The notes: a model not told the origin generated them from the letters alone. Counted from the stretch's first letter, positions 9,029 through 17,334 are shown. The stretch is 31,973 nucleotides of DNA from a virus (IMGVR_UViG_3300017911_001383:1-31973); one strand, 5' to 3'. Numbers and translations are program-made.

Positions 9029-9618
9029 CAGAGCCTCGAATTGATGAAGGTATCAGCCGAGAAGTTTTGCGAGATGCTGGTGTCCGAGGTGTTGATCTGG
9101 TTGTCCTCGGTGGCATCCACGAAGCGAGCCTCCTTGAGTTTCTCCTGGTAGAACACATTCATATTCGCGCCCAGTGTCGCGCTGCCGACCAGGGGGTAAG
9201 CCAGGTCAGCTGCAAGCGCTGCAGCCAGGGTCTCGATCAGCAGCGTGTCGTACTGCTGGGGGTCTGTGACCCGGCCGACATACTTCATCTTGATTGTGGA
9301 TTCATCTGTGAGGAGCTTACGGCCCTCGATGCGGAAAATGATATCAGGGTCATCCAGGGCCAGGACGCGCAAGCAATACGGGTCGGTGGGCAGCGTAAAC
9401 TGCTTCTCGAACTCGAAAGCCGGCGTGGCGGTGTCTGGTGCCAGGGTAGTCCGCTGTATCAGGCAATTCCAGGGGTGTGAGCGGAACACATAGTCCCGCA
9501 GGAAGTTATAGCGCTGATTGCAGATACGCGCAGCCTTACTGTCCTCAGTGAGGCTGATGATGTTCGAGGCGCCGATCATGTTCAGCGCTGAATTACAGAT
9601 ATCGACAACCGATGCCAT
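9028..9618 (-). CDS. Tail tubular protein A / adaptor (T7 gp11-like)
   Basis: MASVVDICNSALNMIG...I.SL...HPWN...LPTDPYCLRV...IEGRKLLTD pattern; size and position fit. Confidence 0.9.
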   Translation of the reverse strand: MASVVDICNSALNMIGASNIISLTEDSKAARICNQRYNFLRDYVFRSHPWNCLIQRTTLAPDTATPAFEFEKQFTLPTDPYCLRVLALDDPDIIFRIEGRKLLTDESTIKMKYVGRVTDPQQYDTLLIETLAAALAADLAYPLVGSATLGANMNVFYQEKLKEARFVDATEDNQINTSDTSISQNFSADTFINSRL

Positions 9619-9634
9619 GTTTTTCCCTCGTGCA

Positions 9635-9662
9635 AGAAAAGGGGCGGCCGGAGCCGCCCCTT
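9635..9662 (-). terminator. Rho-independent terminator after the capsid module
   Basis: Minus strand AAGGGGCGGC-TCCG-GCCGCCCCTT followed by TTCTT. Perfect 10-bp stem with a UNCG-type loop; position analogous to T7 T-phi. Confidence 0.85.
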
Positions 9663-9666
9663 AGCG

Positions 9667-10131
9667 TTAGTCGATGACGTACAGCATCGTCACGGCGATG
9701 GTGCCGGTGCCAGCGGCGCCGCCCATCGTTACCGTTACGACTTTGCCGTCTTCGTTGGCGTCAACCTCTTCGCCATTCAGCAGAGCGAGCGTGGCAGCAA
9801 TGTCCACGATCTGTCCCGAAGTCGAAGCAGCTGCAGCTTTGTAGGCAGCAGCAGATGCAGAAACTGCAGAGCCGCTGCTGTCTGTGTGAGCTGCATAGCC
9901 AACAGACAGGGTGGTCGAAGCCCCGAGAGCATCGTGAGCCAGCTGACCCTGCAGGATGCGCGCGCCATTCGGCAGAGCAAACATCTCGATCACGTCACCA
10001 GACGCGAGCGAAGATGCCTCATATGTGCCGTATGCAACGCGGACATTACCCGCAAGCTCATTGGCTTGAACGAAGCCAGAAGGGTCATCTTGAGTCAGCG
10101 TAGTACGCTGGGTGCTATATACAGTAGCCAT
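9667..10131 (-). CDS. Putative capsid decoration/cement protein
   Basis: 154 aa, beta-rich with many Ala/Ser/Thr/Gly. Co-transcribed with the capsid gene ahead of the terminator; GGAGG RBS. Confidence 0.55.
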   Translation of the reverse strand: MATVYSTQRTTLTQDDPSGFVQANELAGNVRVAYGTYEASSLASGDVIEMFALPNGARILQGQLAHDALGASTTLSVGYAAHTDSSGSAVSASAAAYKAAAASTSGQIVDIAATLALLNGEEVDANEDGKVVTVTMGGAAGTGTIAVTMLYVID

Positions 10132-10145
10132 CTCTCATGCCCTCC

Positions 10146-11009
10146 TTATGCGCTCTCGTCGCAATCGATCTGGACCACTTTCTCCTCCTCCATCCGGGTA
10201 GCCCCGAATGTGGCGCAGTAGTAGACCTGAGTCGAATACGACTTGTCAGCGCGTTCCTCGATGCGGCTCATGACATCCTTGCCCATGGCCATCTTGATCC
10301 CGTCTTCAGCCCAAGCGAAGCAGGTGCGGATGTTTCCAGACTTTGCAAGGCGAGTCGAAACATGGAACTGGAAGCCCATGAACGTGTTGATCTCACCTTG
10401 TACCAGCGCCTTGACGGTGTTGAAGTCAGAGCTGGTGACCGTGGTGCTGTTGAGCAGCGCCTCGATCTGGTCTGGGCCCACGGCGATATGCCGAGGGATC
10501 GACGGGTCAACCGATGCCAGGTCAAGAATCTTCTTGGCCTCGATCAGTTTCGCCAGGGTCAGATCAGCCGAACCGTTGGCGATCTGATGGCCCGACAGCA
10601 TCGAAGTGCTGGTCGAACCGGACTTGCCGGTCTTCGCGGTGCCGGTGGCAGCCTCGATGATAGCGTCGTCCATTGCCCGGCCCATAGCAGCAGCAGCTGC
10701 ACGAGCGTAGGTCGAAGTGGGATCGATGAGCATCCGAACCTTGTCGGCGTCATCAATCAGATCCGCCCACTCATAGGAGTCCATGGTGACCATGCGACGG
10801 GAGTGAGGGGTGTCCACCAGGGGAGTATCCCCATGGCGGGAGGTGCGCTTCACAGCTGCTGCTGCACCAACCTGGTCGAAGAAAGCCTTCTCACCAGTTA
10901 CGCTCTCCTCGGAGACGCCACCGCGAAGGATGGAGCCGGTCTGCTGGGAGAGCAGCTGGACGTTGGTCGCAAACTGCTGGGAAAACGCGGTGGTGATTTG
11001 AGTAGACAT
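10146..11009 (-). CDS. Major capsid protein
   Basis: Start reassigned to ATG 11009 (MSTQITTAFSQQF) behind AGGAGG at 11020-11015. Motifs LSQQ.GS.LR, D.VRMLIDP.S.Y, AMGRAMDD, G..RMEE.KVV. Lies after the scaffold gene. Confidence 0.92.
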   Translation of the reverse strand: MSTQITTAFSQQFATNVQLLSQQTGSILRGGVSEESVTGEKAFFDQVGAAAAVKRTSRHGDTPLVDTPHSRRMVTMDSYEWADLIDDADKVRMLIDPTSTYARAAAAAMGRAMDDAIIEAATGTAKTGKSGSTSTSMLSGHQIANGSADLTLAKLIEAKKILDLASVDPSIPRHIAVGPDQIEALLNSTTVTSSDFNTVKALVQGEINTFMGFQFHVSTRLAKSGNIRTCFAWAEDGIKMAMGKDVMSRIEERADKSYSTQVYYCATFGATRMEEEKVVQIDCDESA

Positions 11010-11042
11010 TCTACCCTCCTTTTCACACACGTTTTGACGATA

Positions 11043-11160
11043 TCGCTACCCGGCGACCGCCGGACGAAGGGGTTGTGCAGTAACGGCTGCGGCCGACAGG
11101 GGCTCGAGGCTTATCCTGGTTTTTGTTGTCTGCGCTGCAGGGGCCCTGGGGCTTGTCCTG
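11043..11160 (-). promoter_or_regulatory. Structured leader upstream of the capsid gene (three hairpins with a shared 4x1 internal loop)
   Basis: Minus strand CAGG-ACAA-GCC-ccag-GGC-C-CCTG (11160-11138), CAGG-ATAA-GC-ctcga-GC-C-CCTG (11118-11097), TCG-T-CCGGC-ggtc-GCCGG-GTAG-CGA (11067-11043). Confidence 0.6.
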
Positions 11161-11169
11161 GCTTGCAGA

Positions 11170-12000
11170 CTAGGCGGGGAGAGCAGAGAGCTTTTCCTGG
11201 ATCTCGAAAGCTCTCCTCACCTGGAACTCGTGTTCTGGGTGCCTGGCGTCCCAGTACGGGGTGCCAGGAGCTCGGAGTGTTGCCAGCTCCTCGCGCATTT
11301 CGTCAGGCGTTTGACCGCCGGACATCTTCACGCCCTCCAGGCTATCCTCACCGATGCGGCTCTGGATGTAGTGCCCGATATTGGCTGTGAACCTGATGAA
11401 GTCTGCATTGTCGCCAAGCCTGGTGCCATCCGGCATCTGCATCTCTGCAAGGTCCAGCTCACCGAACTCCTGCAGTGTGGCATTGGCGACGTTCAGCCGA
11501 TCCTCGAAAGCATCGCCCCACTCACGCTCGAGAGCATTGAGAGTGTCATTTTGTGTCTGCTCGACCTGGGCCTCGTCCATACCGACGAGCTCGCCAAGCC
11601 GGCTGCCGTAACGATCCATGATGAGCTGGGCTTGAGTGTTGTTGAGCCCGGCCTCATGCGCGACCTGGCGGAACCAGTCAACCGTCCCATCGTCGGGCTG
11701 TGTGCCCTCTGGAGCGGCGTAGTTGATCTCGTAGCCCCCAGGGTCCTCTGGGCGCCCGAGCTTGCTCCACACGGCGTTCCAATCGTCAGCGCTGGCCGTT
11801 TTACCTGGGAGAGCAATCTTGTCCGCGCCGATCATCGACTGTGCGTGGACAAAGCCCTTCGCCAGGCTGCCAACATCCTGGATGGTTGAAAGAGATTTGT
11901 GATCCCGGATCTCCTCGGGGATCGCTGAGCGCCAGTCTTCACTGATGCCAGACGGGGCTACCTCCGCTTCGGAGACCTCCGCTACCTGTTCTTCACTCAT
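11170..12000 (-). CDS. Capsid assembly (scaffolding) protein
   Basis: Acidic 276 aa; W..LGRPE..GY, AHEAGLNNTQAQ, LEREWG..F, PYWD..HP.H motifs. Lies between portal and capsid. Confidence 0.85.
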   Translation of the reverse strand: MSEEQVAEVSEAEVAPSGISEDWRSAIPEEIRDHKSLSTIQDVGSLAKGFVHAQSMIGADKIALPGKTASADDWNAVWSKLGRPEDPGGYEINYAAPEGTQPDDGTVDWFRQVAHEAGLNNTQAQLIMDRYGSRLGELVGMDEAQVEQTQNDTLNALEREWGDAFEDRLNVANATLQEFGELDLAEMQMPDGTRLGDNADFIRFTANIGHYIQSRIGEDSLEGVKMSGGQTPDEMREELATLRAPGTPYWDARHPEHEFQVRRAFEIQEKLSALPA

Positions 12001-12217
12001 TTTGTGCCATTTCCTCTAGCTGTTTCTGGTCGCGCAGCATTGATTTAATGAACAGGACCACCGTGCGCTGCCCCTCACGGTAGGCTGTCTCGTTAGGCTC
12101 CACAGAGAAAGTTGAAGAGTGTTCACAAAATCTCAAGCCCATATCCTCTAAGACTGTCTGGCCTTGAACTGTTGTGAATACTTCCTTGTAGAGCTGCCTG
12201 GTTTCTTCTGGCGTCAT
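11993..12217 (-). CDS. Conserved small phage protein (Bbp19-like)
   Basis: YKEVF...GQ.VL.D...F...P.ETAYREGQR.VVL.I pattern, typical of the portal-scaffold interval. Confidence 0.7.
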   Translation of the reverse strand: MTPEETRQLYKEVFTTVQGQTVLEDMGLRFCEHSSTFSVEPNETAYREGQRTVVLFIKSMLRDQKQLEEMAQNE

Positions 12218-13818
12218 TGTTTGGTTGCCTCAATAAGCGGCGCCAGGGATCCAGCTGCCTGAGCTTGCTCGGTGAGCTGAGCTTGCTGTGCCTGGGCCTG
12301 TTGTGCCTGGGCGCGCTGCTGGCGCTGCTGTGCCACCTCCTGGTCGCCCTTGATAGCGGTAGCCGGGATGCCCAGGACCTTGATGAGGTGCTTGGAGATC
12401 CCGTCTGTGTCGATATAGTCCATGATGCCTGGGTCGAGCTGGGACAGCGGCATCATGAGCTCGAGCAGCCTGGTCAGTGCCTGGATGTCGCCCTGGCGCT
12501 GTGCCTTGGCCAGCGGCGATACATACTCGATCTCGATGTTTCTGTTCCGCATGAACTCCGGCGCCGGCGCGAAGGCCTTCTTTCTGGCCAGGATATTGTA
12601 TGTCCTGGTGATAAGCGGCTGCAGCAGCTCGGCTTGCATCCGGCCCATGACCGGGCCAAGCAGCCTCATCTTTTCCTCGGTGCGCTGGACAACCTCGGTG
12701 GCTGTCATTTGCGGTCCCTGGCCCAGGATCAGCTGATCGACATAGAAGGCAGCGCGGATAGCTTGCCGGCGCTGTTCCTCCATGTTGAGGCCCAGGGGGT
12801 TGTTAGCCCCTATATTTAGTGGCTCGATGCGGTCGCGTGTCCCGCTGCGATAGAAATTGAGCCCCCCAGGAACGGTCCTGACGGGCAAGATGAATCCATC
12901 GTCTGGCACCAGGAGCGGCGGATCCACCTGTTTCTGAGCTGCCCGGATCGTTGTCTCGGACATTTTGTTGAGCATCTTGATGTCAGCCAGGGCAGACATG
13001 CTAGGGCTGCGCCCGTATCCGATCTCAAACGAGCTCTTGAGAAAGCGCGGTGCCATGTAGGGGAACTCATCGAATCCCCCTTCGCTGATAACCTTCTTCT
13101 CCTCGGGATCCAGATAGACAGACGCGATAGGCTTGTTGGCGCTGTTGACCTTGGTGGTGTCGCGCTCATCGCGTTTGAAGACGCCGTGGACCAGCGTCAT
13201 CATCTCATAGGGGTCTGTGTCTGCCTTTTTCAGCATCTTGGTGCTGAGGTTTTCTGCACCAAAGCGCGCCAGGACTGCCCTGGCCGGCATCTTGAACTTG
13301 CGATAGACGGTATCGACGCGGCCGTTCTGGTCCTCCGAGAGGTAACATTCGGAGATGTGCCTGGTTGTAAAGCGCAGATCGAAGTCGTCATCTGCTTCGA
13401 CAAACATGACAGCTGTGCCGAAAGTAATCAGATCGTGATACAGCTCGTGCACTTGCTCCTGGAAGTTGGAGCGGTTGAAGCTGTTATACATCACGTCTTC
13501 GACAGATTGCAGCCATTCACGGGCTTCATCGTCGCCATCGAGCTCACGATCACCGAAGCTGAGTGAGAACCAGCTAGTCGATGCGTTTGTGAGCATACCG
13601 TGCAGCGAGGCGCTGAGCAGCTCGGCTGCATGGATGGCGGTGCCATCGAAGATCAGCTCGGTACGCTTGTCGCCAGGAGAGCGGACTTTTGTCACGTCAG
13701 CCTTACGCGGCACGACATAGTCAGCGATTTCCTGCCAATGGCTCTCCCAGGTCTGGCGCTGGTTTTCCAGGCTGCCGAACCGCTTGAGCAGCAGGGCTGC
13801 CTTTTCGTCTACTGCCAT
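12214..13818 (-). CDS. Portal / head-to-tail connector (T7 gp8-like)
   Basis: 534 aa; WESHWQEIADY..P, DL.TFGTA, YGRSP.M.AL.D.K.LN, MTATEV.QR.EE.MR.LGP, IEYVSPLA.AQ motifs. Confidence 0.95.
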   Translation of the reverse strand: MAVDEKAALLLKRFGSLENQRQTWESHWQEIADYVVPRKADVTKVRSPGDKRTELIFDGTAIHAAELLSASLHGMLTNASTSWFSLSFGDRELDGDDEAREWLQSVEDVMYNSFNRSNFQEQVHELYHDLITFGTAVMFVEADDDFDLRFTTRHISECYLSEDQNGRVDTVYRKFKMPARAVLARFGAENLSTKMLKKADTDPYEMMTLVHGVFKRDERDTTKVNSANKPIASVYLDPEEKKVISEGGFDEFPYMAPRFLKSSFEIGYGRSPSMSALADIKMLNKMSETTIRAAQKQVDPPLLVPDDGFILPVRTVPGGLNFYRSGTRDRIEPLNIGANNPLGLNMEEQRRQAIRAAFYVDQLILGQGPQMTATEVVQRTEEKMRLLGPVMGRMQAELLQPLITRTYNILARKKAFAPAPEFMRNRNIEIEYVSPLAKAQRQGDIQALTRLLELMMPLSQLDPGIMDYIDTDGISKHLIKVLGIPATAIKGDQEVAQQRQQRAQAQQAQAQQAQLTEQAQAAGSLAPLIEATKQ

Positions 13819-13819
13819 A

Positions 13820-14425
13820 TCAGTTACCGCCTAAAAGCTGTTTCTTTTCGGTCGGCGCTGCGCCCAGGACGCCTCTGCCGCTTGTCAGCACTGTCCTGGT
13901 ACGCCGGCCCCGTGCATACGGGCTTTGCCGTCCCCTGGTCGTCGCAGCCGTATCAGAGGCGCTTCTGACGACAGATCTCGGCTGAATGGGCTCCGCCGGC
14001 GGCGCGGCCGGGGTGGAGGAAGTCGGCGCGCTACCAGTGGGAGATGCTGGAGGTGTTGCTGCCGGCGGAGATGCTGGAGGTGTTGCTGGCGGAGCAGCTG
14101 CGGGGGCTGCACGAGGTTCGTCGTTGTCGCTGCTCGTATCTGGCGGGGCAAAGGGGTTATAGCCAGCACGGCCTGAGTAAACCCTGCCGCCGAGCTGGTT
14201 TGTGTTAATGACGCCTACAACCTGGCCACGCTCATCCCTGACGGCCTCACCGCCGAGCTCCAGGCCTCGCGTGATGTTGCGCCTGTTAAAATCGCCCATA
14301 GCGCCCTGTATGGCCCCCAGTGTGCCCGGCAAACGATTTGCCTCGGCTGTGCGCTGCCTGGCCTGGACCTGGGCAACGGCTGCGCGGTTATCGCGTCCGC
14401 TGTCTTCTGCTACTGGACCGCCCAT
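13820..14425 (-). CDS. Pro/Ala-rich pre-portal protein (possible virion/tail-associated)
   Basis: 201 aa ending RRTRTVLTSGRGVLGAAPTEKKQLLG, a motif typical of the gene preceding podoviral portals. Confidence 0.6.
   Translation of the reverse strand: MGGPVAEDSGRDNRAAVAQVQARQRTAEANRLPGTLGAIQGAMGDFNRRNITRGLELGGEAVRDERGQVVGVINTNQLGGRVYSGRAGYNPFAPPDTSSDNDEPRAAPAAAPPATPPASPPAATPPASPTGSAPTSSTPAAPPAEPIQPRSVVRSASDTAATTRGRQSPYARGRRTRTVLTSGRGVLGAAPTEKKQLLGGN
14040..14088. repeat. 22-bp perfect direct repeat, 27-bp period, encoding ATPPASP twice
   Basis: ggagatgctggaggtgttgctg at 14040-14061 and 14067-14088. Confidence 0.9.
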
Positions 14426-14667
14426 TATCCTGTATCCTTATTTGCTTTACCGATCAGGCTTGCATATTCCAGGGGTGCATCCTCCAGGACGCCACGCGCA
14501 CTGGTCTTCACGCTGCGCTTACGGCTTGCGACCTTTGGATCTGTTGCTTTCCTCTTCGCGACCTCAACGGGGTCATTCGGACGCACGACAGGGTCAGGCA
14601 CTGCCGGCGGAGGAGGCGGTGGTGGAGGTGGCGGCGGAACCGTCACCTTGGGTCTCAAAATGCTCAT
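14425..14667 (-). CDS. Poly-Pro small pre-portal protein, paralogue of the downstream gene
   Basis: 80 aa with a P11 run and C-terminal RKRSVKTSARGVLEDAPLEYASLIG. Overlaps the terL stop. Confidence 0.65.
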   Translation of the reverse strand: MSILRPKVTVPPPPPPPPPPPAVPDPVVRPNDPVEVAKRKATDPKVASRKRSVKTSARGVLEDAPLEYASLIGKANKDTG

Positions 14668-15944
14668 AAACTAGCCCCCAGCGGGTTGTAGTTACTGTCA
14701 GCCATGATCTGCGGCGGCTTCTCGGACCAGGTGTTCTCGCGAAGCCCTACCGCCAGATACCTAAAAGCATCCGCTGCATGGCTCGACCAATCATGGACAG
14801 GCGTATTCCGAAAGCTGCGAAGCCTCTCGTTGTAGGCCCTGTGATACTGCCTGAGCGCCTCGAGCCCCGGCTTCGTGAGCTCTGCATCAAACCAGCACCG
14901 AGGGATCAGCATCTGTGCAGCATGGAGCCCGTCCTCGAGCGGGAGCTTTGGAACTACCCTAAAATTGATTCCTAAATCCCATGCTGTCTCGCGCCGGCTC
15001 TTGCCAGAGCCCAGCTCGCGGACCTCGATGTCGTGCGGCGCATTATGCGTCCCGTAGAAATAGTCACGTTCCTGGAGAACCTTGGCGTAATGCGGGAGGC
15101 CCTCCCCCCTATTCTCATAAAAATCGATGACATGGACCGCCCTGCCGACCGACTGCGTGAACCAGATCGCCGTGGAGTCACCAACACCCAGATCCCACCA
15201 GGTATCCACCCGGCAGCTCGGGTCGTAGGGAACATTTCCGATGCGCCCACTTTCATGAGCGTCCTGCATCTCCTTGCCAAAAACAGCCCCCGGCACATTC
15301 GCAACCCAGGAACACTCATACTCCTGGGCAAACTGGTCAGCCGTCATCATCGCAGCTGCAGCCTCAAGCTCCTCATCATCGAGGATGCCAGTCTCGCTCG
15401 CCCTGTAAATCGCTGTGTGCCAGTCCTCCTGGCCACCAGCTGCCTCGTACAGCTCGAAGAAAGCGTTGTGCCCCCTGGGTGTGCCAATGAACAGCGCCCA
15501 GCCCTTGCGATCACTCAGCGCCGGCCGAATGATCTCAGGGAACAGACTCTCAGGCATGTCTGCCATTTCGTCCAGCACAGCGCCGTCGAGGTAAATCCCC
15601 CTCAAACTATCTGGATTCTCAGCGCCAAGCAGCTGGATCCTGGCACCATTCGGCAAATCAGCTCGCAGCTCTGTCTCATGAAACCGAACCATCGGCACAG
15701 CACCAGCAAACTGCTTGAGATAATCCCAAGCCACAGCCTTAGCCTGGCGATATGTCGGCGCTATGTACGCATATCTGGGGTTAGGCTTGCTGCAAAGAAT
15801 CGCATCGCGCAGCAAATGATTGATCGCCATGACCGTCTTGCCGAAACGACGATGACAAACAACAACGCCCCAGCGCTTGGCAGCAAGCTCACCGTGCAGC
15901 TGCGCCTGAAGAGGCCTCGGGGCATAAGGGATCTCAATCTGCAT
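14664..15944 (-). CDS. terL: Terminase large subunit
   Basis: Walker A VCHRRFGKT, Walker B LRGIYLDGAVLDE, GTPRG, nuclease WDLG..DST and SHAADAFRY. ATG at 15944 overlaps the upstream TGA. Confidence 0.97.
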   Translation of the reverse strand: MQIEIPYAPRPLQAQLHGELAAKRWGVVVCHRRFGKTVMAINHLLRDAILCSKPNPRYAYIAPTYRQAKAVAWDYLKQFAGAVPMVRFHETELRADLPNGARIQLLGAENPDSLRGIYLDGAVLDEMADMPESLFPEIIRPALSDRKGWALFIGTPRGHNAFFELYEAAGGQEDWHTAIYRASETGILDDEELEAAAAMMTADQFAQEYECSWVANVPGAVFGKEMQDAHESGRIGNVPYDPSCRVDTWWDLGVGDSTAIWFTQSVGRAVHVIDFYENRGEGLPHYAKVLQERDYFYGTHNAPHDIEVRELGSGKSRRETAWDLGINFRVVPKLPLEDGLHAAQMLIPRCWFDAELTKPGLEALRQYHRAYNERLRSFRNTPVHDWSSHAADAFRYLAVGLRENTWSEKPPQIMADSNYNPLGASL

Positions 15945-16087
15945 CAATCGTCGTCAGAGCTGTCAGGACCGGGACAAGGGCACTCAGCGTAGTGTTCCAG
16001 GCAACGCGGGCACACAGGCTCTCCACAGAGCTCACAGAGCGCGCAATCGGCTGCGTAGATTACGGGGCGGGTCAAGTCTATGTCCAT
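15944..16087 (-). CDS. 47-aa Cys-rich putative metal-binding protein (below the ORF-track cutoff)
   Basis: MDIDLTRPVIYAADCALCELCGEPVCPRCLEHYAECPCPGPDSSDDD*: 7 Cys + 1 His. TGATG coupling to terL. Confidence 0.7.
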   Translation of the reverse strand: MDIDLTRPVIYAADCALCELCGEPVCPRCLEHYAECPCPGPDSSDDD

Positions 16088-16400
16088 GTGAGAGACAGGC
16101 TCCTGTCAGGCTATATATGCATATAGATCCGGCGGGCGGGTCTGGGGGTGGCGGGGGTGCCTGTGCACCTGGGAAAGCCCCCGGTCTTGCGCCAGGATAT
16201 GCACTGATTCCTGTCCCATAACCGACATATGCACCGCATAAACCAGCGCTGCGAAGCTAAGCTATTGTAAAACAAAGAAACAGCTTGTCGCATAAGATCC
16301 ATTATGGAAGACACGGCACTGCGAATGATAACGCGAGGCAATCGCATTGCGCCAGCCTCGTGCGCGCGAGCACTGCCACGCAGCCTCGACACTACACTGC

Positions 16401-16811
16401 TCAACCAGCTGTGATCTCCGCGCCTTGCCAGCTCAGCGTAATCGTCCCGCTGCTCTGCTGCTTGTCGTCTGCCTTGTCTCTCACGCCGAGCGGCTGCATC
16501 TGTCTGATGTGCTTATCCTTGTGGTCTGCCTCGAGTCTGCGACGCTGCACCTCAGCCATTGCCAGCTTCGGATCATCAGGCAGCGGAGCTTCGACCAGGT
16601 CCAGTATCTGGTCACGCATGACCTCACACTGCAGAGCTCGAGCTCTACGGTAAGCAGAGTACGCATCCTCATCGTCCTGGACATAGCGCAGCATGGTCCG
16701 CCAGCTCGGCAGATGTTCGCTCTCGTTGCATATCCTGGTCAGGCTTTCGCCATCAGCAATGCGGTCGCAGATTTCTTGCATCTGCTGCTTTGTCACTTTG
16801 CGCTTGGCCAT
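16401..16811 (-). CDS. terS: Terminase small subunit (Sf6 gp1-like)
   Basis: Start reassigned to ATG 16811 behind GAGGAG. ICDRIADGESL..IC...LPS..T......Y.RAR..Q...V.R.RL..D pattern; upstream of terL. Confidence 0.85.
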   Translation of the reverse strand: MAKRKVTKQQMQEICDRIADGESLTRICNESEHLPSWRTMLRYVQDDEDAYSAYRRARALQCEVMRDQILDLVEAPLPDDPKLAMAEVQRRRLEADHKDKHIRQMQPLGVRDKADDKQQSSGTITLSWQGAEITAG

Positions 16812-16820
16812 GAGCTCCTC

Positions 16821-16861
16821 AAAGAAAAAGCCCGAGCTGCAGGGAACAGAAGCTCGAGCTT
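16821..16861 (-). terminator. Terminator/attenuator between the late promoter and terS
   Basis: Minus strand AAGCTCGAGCT-12 nt-AGCTCGGGCTT followed by TTTCTTT, ending just before the terS RBS. Confidence 0.65.
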
Positions 16862-16868
16862 GGCAAAG

Positions 16869-16897
16869 ACTGTACCTTTTTCGAGACAATCACGCAA
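16869..16897 (-). promoter_or_regulatory. Putative late promoter
   Basis: Minus strand TTGCGT(16897-16892)-17 nt-TACAGT(16874-16869), at the head of the structural operon. Confidence 0.6.
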
Positions 16898-16924
16898 GCC
16901 CTGCAAATATTCTTCGATTACCTC

Positions 16925-16953
16925 TTGGCAAATAATGCCAACATGCCTATATT
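16925..16953 (+). promoter_or_regulatory. Early promoter/operator, copy 1
   Basis: TTGGCA-aataa-TGCCAA palindrome (16925-16941); TTGGCA-17 nt-TATATT. Confidence 0.8.
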
Positions 16954-16972
16954 GATTGTGGAGGTTGAATTT

Positions 16973-17200
16973 ATGGAAACACTGCTCGACAGATTGGACC
17001 GGCTCCAGTTCGCCATGTGGAAGGCCGACTGTGACGACGAGGCTGCCAGGAACCTGGGCACGGTCATTGATTGCGCTCGGCAGGACCTCGAGGATCCAGA
17101 CGATGATGTCGATGCGGGACGGTATGTGATGTTCACCATCGATGAATATCCCGCTCTGGGCGATCACTGGGACGCCATCAAGGAGGTTGTTGATGCCTAA
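16973..17200 (+). CDS. Acidic hypothetical protein (75 aa), first gene of early island A
   Basis: ATG 16973 after GGAGG, directly downstream of promoter copy 1. Confidence 0.65.
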   Translation: METLLDRLDRLQFAMWKADCDDEAARNLGTVIDCARQDLEDPDDDVDAGRYVMFTIDEYPALGDHWDAIKEVVDA

Positions 17201-17285
17201 CGAACACGCTGCTGAGACCGCTTTCATGTATTGCGCTGCTGCCATGACCATGGCCGGCGCTCTGCTGCTCGCTGCGCTGGCCTAG
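17193..17285 (+). CDS. 30-aa hydrophobic peptide
   Basis: AGGAGG at 17181-17186, then MPNEHAAETAFMYCAAAMTMAGALLLAALA*. Confidence 0.45.
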   Translation: MPNEHAAETAFMYCAAAMTMAGALLLAALA

Positions 17286-17334
17286 TGCCTGGCGCCTGTT
17301 TCAACCCTGGAGACCTGGAAAGGAGGTGATGCTG

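Noticed and set aside
10131-10160. Possible T7-like frameshift fusing the capsid to the next gene
   Set aside because: No slippery run near the capsid stop, and the next gene has its own GGAGG RBS.
14040-14088. Direct repeat as CRISPR or att site
   Set aside because: Two copies only, 5-nt spacer, in-frame 27-bp period inside a Pro-rich linker.
10137-15992. Plus-strand ORFs of 417, 219, 200 and 319 aa
   Set aside because: They lie opposite capsid, scaffold, portal and terL; shadow frames.
16111-16404. 97-aa minus-strand ORF between terS and terL
   Set aside because: Atypical composition, no motif or clear RBS; treated as non-coding, though not excluded.
16860-16876. TTGGCA near the late start site as a fifth operator
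   Set aside because: Half-site only; the second arm (TGTACC) does not match TGCCAA.
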